A stretch of 63,977 bases of DNA, filler included, from Cladosporium halotolerans (Eukaryota): NCBI RefSeq assembly GCF_011745625.1. It is 7 parts of 7 records of this genome, joined end to end, with 100 filler letters (N's around TTAATTAATTAA, not from the genome) between each part and the next. Parts side by side here need not be neighbours in the genome. Positions count along the whole stretch, not along the records: positions 46,835 to 55,442 come from NW_027191611.1; positions 55,543 to 63,977 come from NW_027191613.1; 5 more parts are not named here. The stretch is one strand, 5' to 3'. How positions within the stretch are numbered: position 1 is the first letter of the stretch; the number at the start of each line of letters is the position of its first letter. The position numbers and the translations under genes are program-made. The notes beneath the pieces were generated by a model. That model had not been told where the DNA came from. It made no database searches and saw nothing but the letters and a program-made list of their open reading frames with translations. Shown one piece after another: positions 47,426 to 59,899 of the stretch.

Positions 47426-47718
47426 TAGATTGTGAAGAGCTCAGCTCGTGGGTAGAGGTATCGCGATACTCTGCTCTAGACGGTTTTGCTTTCGAGGCGC
47501 GACGCGTGAGGGTTTCTCGAATGGACGAATAGCGCGACGTGGAGTGAAGGGTCGAGCCGAGCAAACAAGCGAGATATGACGTTTTGCCGAAATTATTTGC
47601 ATGCTTCACGGACCGGCTGTACATTGCATACTGAGCCGGTTCTGAGGAATTGGCGAATTGGCTGCAGCTTGGACACCAGCTGCTCAACGCCGGCCTCCTA
47701 AACGTTCACGAGGGCGAT

Positions 47719-48200
47719 GTTTTCTCCTTTTTTTTTCTTGTTTTTTTTTTCCCTTGTTTTTTTTTTCTTGTTGTTTTTTTTTTTCTTTTTTATTCATGTT
47801 GCATTCAAGCTAAATAGCTTATGTCACGTCGGCTATCTTCTCAACGACTTCTATGGCATCCTGGTGTGCTCTCGCGTTGACCTTTTACAGTACAGTTATG
47901 CTCGCCGTCCCGAACTCCACCAAGCCACCACAGCTTTTGGGCTTCTTGCCCTCCAACTCTCTTGTCTTTGTCATTCCTCATCTGTCCCCTCATCCACGCC
48001 CGCTCTCCTCCGCCATCTCTCCCTCTTCAGCCCCGATCTAATCGTTCGATATCCCAAAGAATCATCTTGGGCCCCTTCTCCAGGGATTTTCTTGCCCACC
48101 TCTGTATCTTCGAGGAACTGGAGCACTCCTGCCGCGGCTTTTGCCGAGGCTGTGATTGGATTGCGGGTCTTTACTCCCTCGCTTGTCATCCTTGCGCATT
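47719..48200 (-). mobile_element. 5'-truncated LINE remnant with long A-rich tail
   Basis: AAGVLQFLEDTEVGKK matches the ORF2 C-terminus. Conserved 3' UTR. Interrupted T-tract at about 47719-47791 on the + strand. Confidence 0.85.
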
Positions 48201-48307
48201 TGCATACAAAGCGCTGGAGCTCGTCGATGTCTTCTTCGCTACCAAGAGACAATGCTGTAACGTTATGCAAGTTACGCGCCTCCGTCAATTTAGTAGAATC
48301 AACGACG

Positions 48308-48677
48308 TGAAAAACGCTCGTCGAGTATCGAAGATAGCTAGGTAACGCAACTATCCGTTTTCGATGGCGATTTGGGCTTCGCGGGTTGTGAAGGTCTCGG
48401 TCCGTGAATATATTTCGTTTGCGCCATTGGGCTAATCTTTATGGCGAAGCAGAAGGTTTGCGCAAAATGATTGGGGTCGATAATTATGCGCATTGAAAAA
48501 CGCTCGTCGAGTATCGAAGATAGCTAGGTAACGCAACTATCCGTTTTCGATGGCGATTTGGGCTTCGCGGGTTGTGAAGGTCTCGGTCCGTGAATATATT
48601 TCGTTTGCGCCATTGGGCTAATCTTTATGGCGAAGCAGAAGGTTTGCGCAAAATGATTGGGGTCGATAATTATGCGC
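48308..48677. repeat. Perfect 184-bp tandem duplication
   Basis: 48308-48491 is identical to 48494-48677. Confidence 0.9.
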
Positions 48678-48987
48678 GTGTGGCATGCGCGGACGGCGCG
48701 TGAACCACGCGACGTGTGGAGAACTCGCAAGTTGTTCTGGAAACCTGGAACATTGGAGAGTCCTGTTATTATATAGGGTAGCGTACATACTGGCTGTAGT
48801 ACACATACCCGCTGTCCGCCAGCACAGATCATCTCAAGCAGAACAAACAAGACCTATCTGGGCCGCTCACTTGTTTCCTCTGCCTAAATTTGGTATTTAA
48901 TAAAATACCGTCCATCCGATAGTGCAGTATCCACCAATGTTAGAGCTTGATGCAAGATTCTAATCGCCTTCTTTACATACTGAGCAG

Positions 48988-50907
48988 ATGTCGGCGACGT
49001 TAAATACCACGACCATCGCACGCTTTCTCTCACACCTCCATTCTCACGATCCTGACCTGCGAACCTCATTTTACAGTCGTTTTCGCGAGTCCAGAGAATC
49101 TTTTGGCCTGAGTCGGGAGCGGCAAGTGCTGAGCTTACTCGATGGCGAGAATGAATGGAAACGTTTGGACAAACCGTGGTTCAAGAGGGATAGTCTGACG
49201 GGAGTCATCCATCAAAGATCACATCCGACCCGCCTCTCCCCTGATGGGCGTGTCACAGTGTGCATTCCTCATAGGCTTGCTTTCGTCGTTGCCGTAAGTC
49301 ACGGTGGCTTCAACGATCTATGTCTACTAACGTGGCAAACGGCTGACGTACCCTGCAGGCTCGGGAACATATACAATCGCACGTGATCTACGACAAGGAG
49401 CAAAAGCATCACGCCGTCGACTCAAAGATCGCTTTGAGGTATACGGGAATCGATAAAGATCATCTGAAGTTCATCAGAGAACCATGCGACCATTGTAACC
49501 CCGGAGCCGAAGTCTCTACCATGACACATATGGACAATTTGCCCGCCATTTATGGATACCTGATGGCGTCTTATGCTCTCAAACTAGGAGCTTACTTGTA
49601 CACCAATGTCATATCGAGACCAACGACCGACTGCCACAGCGGTTCCACCGATTTCGAGATCATAGCCTGCCCGCCTAGCCTGCAGACTCGCTGTAACTCC
49701 GTTATCTGGATCGGCCGTAAGGGTACTTCAGCGGAACCGATACCGACACAGATGCTTCGGCCCAGCCATGTTTCAGCAGCTAACAGCACTCTCGTACCTA
49801 GCTATTTCTTGCACGGGGAAGCCGAACAGCTGCAGACGATTGTCGGATCATCTTTTTTGCATATGGATCGGGGGCATGTCGACGCTCACCAATCTATCAT
49901 CATAGCCTCTTTCTTAGCGGACCACCGAGGTATCGAGCTCGAGGTGGGGACGGGTACATGGTTGCAGCAGCAGTTTCGACACGACCGCCCTCTGCTGGGT
50001 TCGAACACCCTGCTTCTGTTGGCATGGCATCGATATGATCCCAAGGATCGCACTGTGCAAGAAACATGCGCACACATGGCAAACAAGCGGCCAGGCGATG
50101 TGCGCATGTTTTCTTCTGCAGAAGAACTCGAATATTCGCAGCAAAAAAACGGCGACATACGAGTGTCGGGCCAGATTGCGAAATGTGCTCCTGGTCGATG
50201 GTCTTTTCGACCCGTCACTTGCGACAGCACATCTGGCTGTCATCTTTATGCCAATAGTGTTCTAAAAAGAACGCATAGTTGCGGCAGTGAACACGTCATA
50301 GTCCATCCGACTGCAACCGATCTCTCCAAACATCCACCATGCCAGTCTCGTAAGCGCAGAATGAGTAAACGGCAAGCATATCAAAGCGCTGGCCGATGGT
50401 TCCATCAAGAGTTCGTGCCCGTTTCGAGATCAGAAGGCGAATACCGAGTCTTCCTAATAACGAGAAGCGATGTCTCAGCGCTGCGCCAACGTAGAGGGGT
50501 TGTCATGGAGATGGAACACATGCTCGAACTCCCTGACAAAGAACTAGTAGTGACAGTGTTACGCCTCGATTCGATCTTGCGGGACGGACCTCGCGTTTTC
50601 AACAACAAAGACCTGGAGGAGCTCGCAGAGTTTGCTATGTATGTCTTCAACGCTTTACGTAACAGGTCAGACTGGTCGACAAAATACGAATCGTTGAGAG
50701 GTTGGCGTTCGACTAGACATTGGCGTGTCCTTTGTCGGCGGTCATCGTCAGTACTTTGTCAACGAAATCACACGAATCTACGAGGCCGATATCTTCGCCG
50801 AATGGTTGGCTCAGCCCGGAACGCACATCTGCAAAGCAGTGTCAAGAGCTATAGAGGACGTCTTTATGATGCCGTCGGACCGGCTTAAGATTTACTTATC
50901 TAGATAA
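48988..50907 (+). CDS. Integrase-Zn-like + ATP-grasp-like protein with one +1 frameshift
   Basis: Intron 49294-49358. H..H..IALRYTGI..FIREPCDHC. Later VLKRTHSCGSEHV, FHQEFVP..GEYRVF and, after a frameshift near 50697, VGVRLDIGV..YFVNEITR. Confidence 0.6.
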
Positions 50908-51057
50908 CAGTCTTGCATGGCAAGCTCACTAATGTCTGAGCACAAACGGGCACTCGGATGGTACTTTATTATGTCTGGAAAATAATTATGGCATAGTGAA
51001 TACCATGATGGCGTGCCACCTTCCACGAACTGGATAGATTGGTTGAACGAAACTAGT

Positions 51058-51537
51058 CTACGACATGCTTGTTGTCTGGCTCTTGCATCGCCCATTCCGA
51101 CAGCCCTCGCAAAATGCAGTCAAATGAGGTCCATTGCGTTCACCTGAGAAGAAAGGCGCTTCGACGTCGATCCCGGACCACTTATAAAGCCGGTACACAA
51201 CTCTCTCGGCGTAAGAGCCGTCCAGTCGCGGCCGACTCAACCTTCCACACTCTTGACACCGCTGGTTGTAGACCCTGACATTGTATCGCGAATCGGGATA
51301 CAATCGTATAGTCACTGGTATCATTTTGCTCGACCATCCATTGCAAAGACAACGAGTGTTCCAGCAAGGAAATCGGCCCATGACATTGGTGTCGTATTTT
51401 CGGGTACTGCTGAAAGGGTCATCGATGTCGCCAAAGTCGAAAGAGAGGCCGCTGTCTTGCAATAAACGCAGCACATCTCTATGGCGAGAAGGGTGAAGTG
51501 ACAAGGGGTTTCGTGGCTTGTACTTCTTTGTCGACAT
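51058..51537 (-). CDS. 3CxxC-type zinc-binding domain protein (159 aa)
   Basis: YDTNVMGRFPC..C..GWSSK..YNVRVYNQRCQEC..YAERV..PHLTAFCEGCRNGRC. Confidence 0.9.
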   Translation of the reverse strand: MSTKKYKPRNPLSLHPSRHRDVLRLLQDSGLSFDFGDIDDPFSSTRKYDTNVMGRFPCWNTRCLCNGWSSKMIPVTIRLYPDSRYNVRVYNQRCQECGRLSRPRLDGSYAERVVYRLYKWSGIDVEAPFFSGERNGPHLTAFCEGCRNGRCKSQTTSMS

Positions 51538-52155
51538 CTTGGATAGTGATATGAAAGCACACGACGGCAGACTCTGCTGCTAATGCGAGTTGATATATGG
51601 CCGGTACAGATAATCGGTTCGTTTGATTTTGGTGTCAATTGAAGCACAGTGCTCCCAGAGTGCCATTTTCGATCGACCATGGGCATGTTTCAGTGGCTCA
51701 GGGATGAGTCTCATGCACATCTGCACTCCTCTATGCAACTTTACCGAGAAGACCTGCCATTGCGGTTGGTCCGATCCCGTATGCTTCCAATTACCACTGT
51801 GAAACGCCCGCAATATTCTTCCCATCACACCTATCGATACACCATTCTAGTATCATTGCCCTACGAGCGCACTGTAGATATATTGAGACGAATAGAAGTT
51901 GATATCGTATGGCATGTTCGAGTCTCAACGACAGACTCGTGCCGAAATTGTTGCGTCTCAGACTAATGACAAATGATCGGACGAGCGACGAGGTGGTACA
52001 ACACCAAATGCTCAAAAAGTATCAAATGAGGCGACCAAGATTCGGGCGACTGCGACATTGCAGCCTTCATCTATTCCTTTCTGCCGTTGCCGCCGTTGTT
52101 GCCCTTGGGTCCACTGGCGCTCCCGGTCTGGCTCACGCGACCCGAATTGGCATTG

Positions 52156-55100
52156 TTTTTTTTTTTTTTTTGGAATCATATTGTATGCAAGCTATTTAGC
52201 TTATGACAACCCCTAGCTAGTTACTAGAAGACTTCTCGTTCCCAAATGTGATCTTGCTTCTACTTGTCTCTTGTGCTCCTGCTCGCCGTCCCGACTATAT
52301 CTAGCCGCCACAGCCTTTGGGCTCGATGCCCTCCTACTGTCCTAACCTCCTGATTTGTTGCACCTTCATCCGCCGCCTCGCTCCAATGTCTCTTCGATCG
52401 TCCCCTCGCTCCCATCAAGTCGGTCCAAATCCCATTCGTCGATGTCACTTGCTTCTCTGTCTTCCTTCCTCTTCCCAACCGCAGTGTGTTTGAGGAATCG
52501 TAACACTGCTTCCGCTGCGCTTTCGCCAAAAAGTAGCTGAAGATCTGATGTGTCTCTCCGCGCTGAGACCTTGATCTTCTTTTGATGCATGTCTCTCAGC
52601 ATCACATCACGCTCTCTCCTCCACTTCCGACATTCCATCGGTAGGTGGAGAACTGTCTGTCTGCTGCTGTTGCACCACCAGCAACGTGCGTCTTGTGCCT
52701 GCTTGGTCTTGAGCAGATACTCACCGGTTACGGCATGGCCAGATTTGAGCTGCAGGTATCTTGCCGTCACTGACTTTTTGCCATCGCTGATGACTCTGCT
52801 GATCTTAGATTCACGCTTCCACCTCGCTTTGTTCGACTGCGTCACGTATAAGAGCGATGCCGACCGCATCGCCCTCGGTTGCTGTGTCGCTGCATGCCTT
52901 GCCGCAGCCCTCACGGATTCCATCTGTTCTACGCTCTCGTCTGTTCGCAGCTGTGACACTAACACTTCGTCGCCCCGTTCTTGGAGGAGTCTGATCTGGT
53001 GCTTGATGTCTCGGATCAATGGCGTAGTCCAGTGGCCTGCTTTGTCAATAGCAGATAGGGCCTGGCGTGAGTCCGACAGTATCTCAGTGCATCGTGTTAC
53101 GGTTCCTGGCAGTGAAAATTGGCATATATGAACAGCCATGCGGATTGCGTATAGATCGGCATCAAGCATCGTGAGATACTTGCCGAGCGAGTCCGACTTC
53201 ACCTTATCTCTGCATCCTGCCACCCAGCCGACAGCCGCTCCAAAGCTGATGTCCTTGGCTGCACATACGAGCAGGGTGATCTTGTTGGGATTGGAGCGAT
53301 CCTCCTTTGATAGCGTTTGGGACTGTCGACCAATATTGATTGCGACGGCCATGTTTGGGGCGTCCACTTTCTCAAGCAGGTCGAATCCGTGTTCAGTATC
53401 GTATGTTAGATGTCTTGACACCTGTTGGGCCAGTCTGCTTCCAAGAAATCGATGTGCTTTGTCCGGCCTGGTCCAGCCAACACTTGACGGTTGCACAGTC
53501 GCCCCCTCGTGCCGGTACAACTCGCTGAGGCGGAAGTTTGCAGGCAAGAGCTGGTGCGTTGGATGGTCTCGGGCTGTGGTGAGCGCGCGTGTCGCAAACC
53601 GTGTTTGTCTCTGGTCTCCAAAAGGTCACCAGCGTACGGCAAGCATGCATTTTGTAGTAGAAATGCTATCGGTGTGGATTTCAGCAGCCCTGTGATAGCT
53701 CTCGCTTGGCTGTTCAACAACAGTTGCAGCCTTCGCTCTAGATCCTTTTGGCCTCTCCACCATACTTCTGCCCCGAAAAGTGCAACGGAGCTGACGGCTG
53801 CAATAACTACTCGGCTCATGGGGCTGATCGATAGGCCGCCGTAGTGTCTGCTAAGGTTTGCCACGGCTTGTAGTGCACCCTTGGCGCCGGTGATCCGCTT
53901 CCCAAAGTGCGTCTTGAATGTCAACTTCGAGTCGAGCCAAAAGCCAAGCCACTTGATCGCTCCCTGGTTGATGGGGCACGAATGTTCGCCGATCCGGACC
54001 ATCGCTTGCTTTGCAGCCTGGAGAACCTTCCGCTTCTTGCTGAAAACCAGGACCTCTGTCTTGCTCACCTCGAACTCGACCTTGTTGGCGGCGCCCCATT
54101 CTATTGCGTGTGCTGCGATGCTTTCTAGCTCTTGTGTGCCTCCATCCAGGGTTTCACATTGTAGCAGCAAGCAAATGTCGTCCACGAACGAAAGCGAGTG
54201 CAGCTTGGGGTGTCTGGTCTCAAGCCCCTCGAACATGGCGCTGATTGAAAGGATGAACAGCACGGGCGAGACTGGCGAGCCTTGCGGCAGACCTGCCTGT
54301 ATGTCGTACGTCTCTCCCATTCTGCCGTCGATGACTAGCATCGCCCTACGGTCTGACATGAAAGACTCGACCCAGCGGATGATGTTGCCAGCCATGCCAA
54401 CCTCGACCATTCGCCGGAGCAGCTGGCGCTTGTTGACCCGGTCATAGGCGCCTTTCACATCTAGCAGCAGCGCGAGCATCACTTGCTTCCGCTCCCAGGC
54501 AGCCTCGACCCTCGCTACAAGCCGGGAAGCCGCATCTGCGGTGCCTCGGGCCTGACGAGATCCGAACTGCCCGCAATGGAAGATCTCATTCGTCTCACAA
54601 AAGGACGCAATCGACGTCGCCACCACTCTCTCCACGACTTTGCCGAGGCAACTGAGTAGGCTGATGACACGATATGCCTTGGCAACCGTGTAGGTAGGCT
54701 TGCCTTGCTTCCGCAGCAGGATCCCTTTGGCTGTCTTCCAGGTGCACGGGTGGAATCCAAGTCTAATGCAGCCTTGGACCAGTGAAACGATCCGTTCCTC
54801 CGCCCACCTCCATAGCAGCCGGAGCGCTTTGAAGCCGATGCCGTCCAACCCTGGTGCTTTCTTGACCGGCTGTGCAAAGAGCGCATCCCGCACTGCCTTT
54901 GCGCCAGTGTGTACAACAGTATCCGGTATAGCGACGTCTTTGCCAACGTCCGTCTGGCGCGGAAAGGCTTGGCTCATGAACACCTTTTCCTTCTCCTCGG
55001 CGCTCGATGCGATTGAATCTGGCTGGCCCTCGGCACCATTGACCTTGATGGCTGGCGTGTACGAAGGCGTCTGCGGCTTTGTGTAGCGCAGTGCCTTCCA

Positions 55101-55442
55101 GCACCTGCCACTGTCAACAACGTTCTGCGCATCGTCGTCCGTTGGGAATACCCCCTCCAAGAAGCGCTCCCAGATCTCCCGCTTCGCTCTCCGGATGTGG
55201 CAGTAATATGCATTTCTGATCTGGCGATATTCCGTGAAGTGCACGGTCGCTTCCTTGAACTGGCGTCGGGCTTGACAGAACCTCCTTCTCTCCTGCTTGA
55301 TCTCATCTGTCCACCATCTCTTCGAGCGCGCGTGCAGGGGCTGTCTCGGAGCGTGTCTGTCGAAGACTGCCTTTAGGCTGTCTTGGATCCAACACGCTTC
55401 ACCTTCAAGATCTTCCGCTGTCGCGCTGGCTCCGATACATGC
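52156..55442 (-). mobile_element. Second Tad1-like LINE, ORF2 3' part with poly(A) tail, frameshifted
   Basis: RT motifs KAPGLDG, LPQGSPVSP and FVDD. 2-bp frameshift near 53617. CWWC..HLPMEC. Stop at 52366. T16 at 52156-52171. Confidence 0.95.
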
Positions 55443-55542
55443 NNNNNNNNNNNNNNNNNNNNNNNNNNNNNNNNNNNNNNNNNNNNTTAATTAATTAANN
55501 NNNNNNNNNNNNNNNNNNNNNNNNNNNNNNNNNNNNNNNNNN

Positions 55543-56632
55543 AGTCGATGTAAGCGGAAGTTCTGTAACCTTTTACGGTTAGCGCCGCCTTAGGGTTAGT
55601 AGGAGATCAGTGTTCTCCTCCGTTGCCTTTTGGCGAGGTATTCTAATACCTACTATTCTCTCTTCCTTAGATTAACTCTTCCTATTAGGTTTATACTTCT
55701 TCTAGTACTTCCTTAATAGATTCTACTAATAGTATTACTATATAAGCTATAACTTCTAGAGTAAAAGAGTTAAGAAGCTTTAGATTAATATTCTAGTATA
55801 GCGGTATAAGAGTATACGATAACCTTAAGAGAAGTAACGTATACTAACCTCTAGGGTCGTCTTATACGCGCGAAAGGCTAACTCTTATAAATATTATTTA
55901 TATTAGCTATAGAGCGAGCTTCTATTAGGTTAGATATTCGTGGTTATTATATAGCTATAACGTACTTAGGTATGGAATTAATAGAGGCTATAGGAGTCTA
56001 AGTTCGCTTATAAGCTCTTCTAATATCTACTACTACCTTTAGATATTTATCCTTTATTACTATAGAATAATATTATAATTCTTACGCTAAAGCTACTATT
56101 TAAGATTACGACGCGTTCTCTACTATAATTTAAAGTTCTACTACGTACGTAGGGATTAGTTAACGTACTATCGCGGTATACGCGAAGTAGCTTAGATAGT
56201 AAATAGATAAAGTAATAGATCTAAAGCGCTATAAAAGTAAGGCTTTTAAAGCTAGTTTTAAACTTTAAAGCTAGCTTTACTCTCTCTCTACGAGAGTAGC
56301 TAAAAGCTAGCTTCACTCTCTTTACGGGAGTAGCTGAAAGCTAGCTTTAAACTTTAAAGCTAGCTTTAAATTCGGCTAATAGGAACGCTTAAAAGCTAGC
56401 TTCAAAATTTTAAAGCGCTACCTTCCTAACCCTACCCCAAAAAGCGATAAAAGTCTCTAGATCGGGTATCGGGATAATATATTTCCAAACCCGCAACTCA
56501 TCGCAAATTAGAAGCTTATTCTCAGAATCCGTGGAATCGCTTCGGCGAGTCGTAATAACAATACTTGATTATCGGTGATCCGTGAAATTGACCCCGAGAG
56601 AATTCCACTCCTAGTATACGAGGGTTGTTACA
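55543..56632. mobile_element. AT-rich RIP-decayed repeat, probably an LTR retrotransposon remnant
   Basis: Strong TpA excess and CpA/TpG depletion. TGTAAC at 55564 and GGGTTGTTACA ending at 56632 resemble LTR ends. Tandem AAAGCTAGCTT motifs at about 56250-56405. No TSD found. Confidence 0.55.
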
Positions 56633-56883
56633 CCTCCATCTATGCGATATACTTTTCCACTTCCAGACCATATCTCTTATCGACTCATTGATCATTCACA
56701 AAGCCAAGCAGCCGACATAATCGAGTTTCGCATCAGTCACGAAGATGCCCAAGAAAGGCCTCAACTAGCCTACTCTAGACACGAAGCCTTCAATCACATC
56801 TATAGTCACCACAAGATCAATTGCATCGGCCTCATTATCTCAAGACGACATTAGCGAGGGAGTAGAAGAGCAGGTTCTCAATC

Positions 56884-56990
56884 ACATCAAAGGCGATTCC
56901 AACGTTGTTACCTGGTACGGTCCCGATGACAAGAGCAACCCCCAAAACCTACCTTTGTCGCGGAAATGCTTGGTCATGATGCCCGTGCTC
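56884..56990 (+). pseudogene. DHA1-type MFS transporter N-terminal fragment
   Basis: VVTWYGPDDKSNPQNLPLSRK matches the V-W-GPDDP-NP-NW-RK motif. The rest of the gene is absent. Confidence 0.55.
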
Positions 56991-57228
56991 TCTACGTTCT
57001 CACAACTACTTTTGCGAGCTCAGTCTTTAGCGCTGCCGTTGTTGTTACGGCTAAGGAGTTTGGTATTAGTGTTGAGACTATGGGGTGTATGGGAGAATAA
57101 ATCGCACAGAGCCAACAAGCATTTCCATTCGTACAGATCGACCGCTAGTAGCGGGCACCCATATTTCACCTCGCTTGACAACACTGTAAATTTGATAGTC
57201 GCAGGCGTAATCGGTGCGGATACTAGCG

Positions 57229-57313
57229 CGGACACGGACACGGACACGGACGCGGACACGGACACGGATACCAACACGGACACCGACCGGACACGGACAC
57301 GGATCCGGTTCTG
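57229..57313. repeat. CGGACA hexamer array, probably a subterminal repeat of a decayed DNA transposon
   Basis: About 12 imperfect CGGACA units ending ...CGGATCCGGTTCTG (CAG start on the minus strand). Confidence 0.6.
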
Positions 57314-57536
57314 TCTCTGATCGCAAGATCATCTCTGTCCTAGAATCTAGCCGTACAGGGTCTACCCTAAGATTCGCTCTTCGCTAGCCTTGCATAGGTT
57401 GGAGGGAGGATGTGATGTCACCCGTAGAGACGTGGGGTCCCACACATCGTACATCAAAAAGCCGATCGCACGGAGCGATACAAGAATCGTCCAACTCCAA
57501 TTGGATCCTTCACGCTTTATCTACTTGAACACTATC

Positions 57537-59111
57537 ATGACTCCTCTTATCACCGAAGTGTGTTCTGCGCAAAACATACCGTCGCCTGTTGTGTTCGGTG
57601 CTACAATCCTGGGTATCGAAGCAACACCAGTCACAAACTTCTCTCATGATGCAGGAACTCCCTATTCCGTCTGGACGAAGTCGCAATTTGCCGGCCTAAA
57701 CTTCTGTAACGTTTCAGTTACGTATACGCATCCTGGTCGTGGCGATGAGATACACGTGCAAACATTGCTCCCGGAACTTGACAACTGGAACGGTCGTTTT
57801 TTGGGCGCGTCAGGCGGGGGGTGGTCTGCGACCCTGGGACTGCTCAATCTAATTCCCGCTGTGGATGCTGGATTTGCTGTGGCAGACACCGATGCCGGGG
57901 CGCCTGTAAACTCGTTGTCATCTGAATCTTGGGCTCTTCTAAGTCCCGGAAATCCCGACATTGCACGCCTTGACACCTTCGCTGGTCAGGCACTGCACGA
58001 GCAATCTATCATCGGGAAAAGCATTACGGAGTCTTACTATAACCAAGCCCCAGCCTACTCGTATTTCGCCGGTTGCTCCCAAGGAGGACGTCAAGGAAAT
58101 ATGCTCGCACAGCGTTATCCGGAAGACTACGATGGTATCGCTGCACTTGCACCTGCTATAAATTGGTCGCAATTCTTTGCCGGAATGTTCTGGCCGCGTC
58201 AAGTCATGTATGAGTTGAACTACTTCCCGCAGCCATGCGAAGTTCTGGCTTGGACTGCTGCCGCTACTGAAGCCTGCGATAAACTCGATGGCCTTGTCGA
58301 TGGTGTCGTTAGTCGACCAGAATCTTGCAGCTTTGACCCGTTCAGCCTCATCGGTACCGGCTATAAGTGCGATGCTACTAGCATGACTTTCACAACAAAA
58401 GGCGCTTCTCTTGTGAATGCCATCTGGACTGGACCTAGGGATGAGGAAGGGGCTTTTGAATGGTATGGATACCCTGTCGATACCAACATCACGAGCGTAG
58501 TTGCTAGCACGACTTGCGACACCACTGGACACTGTGAGATCAGACCATGGCACCTCCCTGAAGATTGGCTTCGACTTTGGGTAGCGGCTGACCCAGATTT
58601 CAATCTTACAAACATGACGCGACTAGAATATACCGAATTGGCCCACGCAGGCTTGAATCACTACGATAGTATTATTGGCACCCGCGATCCGGACTTGTCA
58701 AAGTTTAGGGATCTTGGGCGTAAGCTGTTGAGCTGGCACGGTGTCGCAGATGAATATATTCCAGTCAACGGTTCTCTGGATTATCATGGTCGGGTTCATG
58801 AACTGGATGCAAATGCAGACGACTACTTCCGCCTGTTTCTCGCGCCAGGCGTTGAGCACTGCTTACCCGGGGTCGGACCATATCCGACCAATGTCATGCA
58901 GACTATAATGGATTGGGTTGAGAAAGGTGTTGCGCCTGAGCAGTTAGTAGCTCAGAATGTTTCGATGATCGATCCTACTACGGGTGAATTATTTGGACAG
59001 GGCAATCGGACAGAGGGTATGGGTAGACCGTTATGCCTCTACCCTCTGGAGCAGGAGTACGTTGGTGGAGATGGAGATCAACTATCTTCCTTCCGATGCG
59101 TAGCGCGGTGA
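57537..59111 (+). CDS. Tannase/feruloyl esterase family protein (524 aa)
   Basis: WNGRFLG.GGG; SYFAGCSQGGRQG (CS nucleophile); SWHGVADEYIP (Asp); APGVEHC (HC); WVEKGVAP; RPLCLYP. Confidence 0.95.
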   Translation: MTPLITEVCSAQNIPSPVVFGATILGIEATPVTNFSHDAGTPYSVWTKSQFAGLNFCNVSVTYTHPGRGDEIHVQTLLPELDNWNGRFLGASGGGWSATLGLLNLIPAVDAGFAVADTDAGAPVNSLSSESWALLSPGNPDIARLDTFAGQALHEQSIIGKSITESYYNQAPAYSYFAGCSQGGRQGNMLAQRYPEDYDGIAALAPAINWSQFFAGMFWPRQVMYELNYFPQPCEVLAWTAAATEACDKLDGLVDGVVSRPESCSFDPFSLIGTGYKCDATSMTFTTKGASLVNAIWTGPRDEEGAFEWYGYPVDTNITSVVASTTCDTTGHCEIRPWHLPEDWLRLWVAADPDFNLTNMTRLEYTELAHAGLNHYDSIIGTRDPDLSKFRDLGRKLLSWHGVADEYIPVNGSLDYHGRVHELDANADDYFRLFLAPGVEHCLPGVGPYPTNVMQTIMDWVEKGVAPEQLVAQNVSMIDPTTGELFGQGNRTEGMGRPLCLYPLEQEYVGGDGDQLSSFRCVAR

Positions 59112-59899
59112 GGGCCACAAGACTCCTCTGGAACTACGGCTTTGAAAACTCGACCTTGCGCCATCTCCCCTAGATGATATAGCTTGGAAAATCAAGGAAC
59201 AGATTGCAGAACAACTGTCAGCCACTATAGAGTCATAAAAGCCATTGGAGTCTGTCGCCTTACTAATTGTCTGATTAGCATGTGCTGAAATACACCCCAC
59301 TTAGAATGGTCCACAAACAAAGCAGTCAAAAAGGCTCTGCCCGCTTTGCTTTTCCTAACAAGTAACGCAGCGAGATATCCCCTTGACCACGTGATCAGTA
59401 AACAAACCAGCTATGGTCAAGGTTTGCAAACCTTACCAAAGCACAACCTTGAAGACGACTGCTAGGATTAAATTCGGGATGTATTAGAATAAGCTTCTCC
59501 ACAGCGACTTGAAGCGAACAGGTCGAGATTCGGCCAAGGCGCCATCCACTGTCCCTTTTGTCCGTGTGGGAGCTTAGGAACCCGTCACGTAACGATCGCA
59601 ACGCGCACGCGACTAAGAGCAACACTCGACAAAAGCATGGACGGCGTTGACGACGTCGCACGCTATGACGACGAGCATAATCACAAAATTGCAGTCGAAT
59701 TATCTCCTTGCAGAGATGTCCAAGCGGGCCTCAATCCAACGTTTTCTCAGCAGCTCAAGCAAAAGGCCTGTGCAGAGGGGATAAAGTGGAAGCGTCCCGA
59801 CAGATACGAATTACCGACACGATGACAAAAAGAAGGTGTCTTGGATTTGGAAGCACGGGTGGAGGACCACAGATAGATATGACCATGGGTATCGACTTT

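Noticed and set aside
57390..57536. Upstream extension of the tannase ORF from a TTG start
   Set aside because: Non-ATG start and no signal-peptide character; the ATG at 57537 is preferred.
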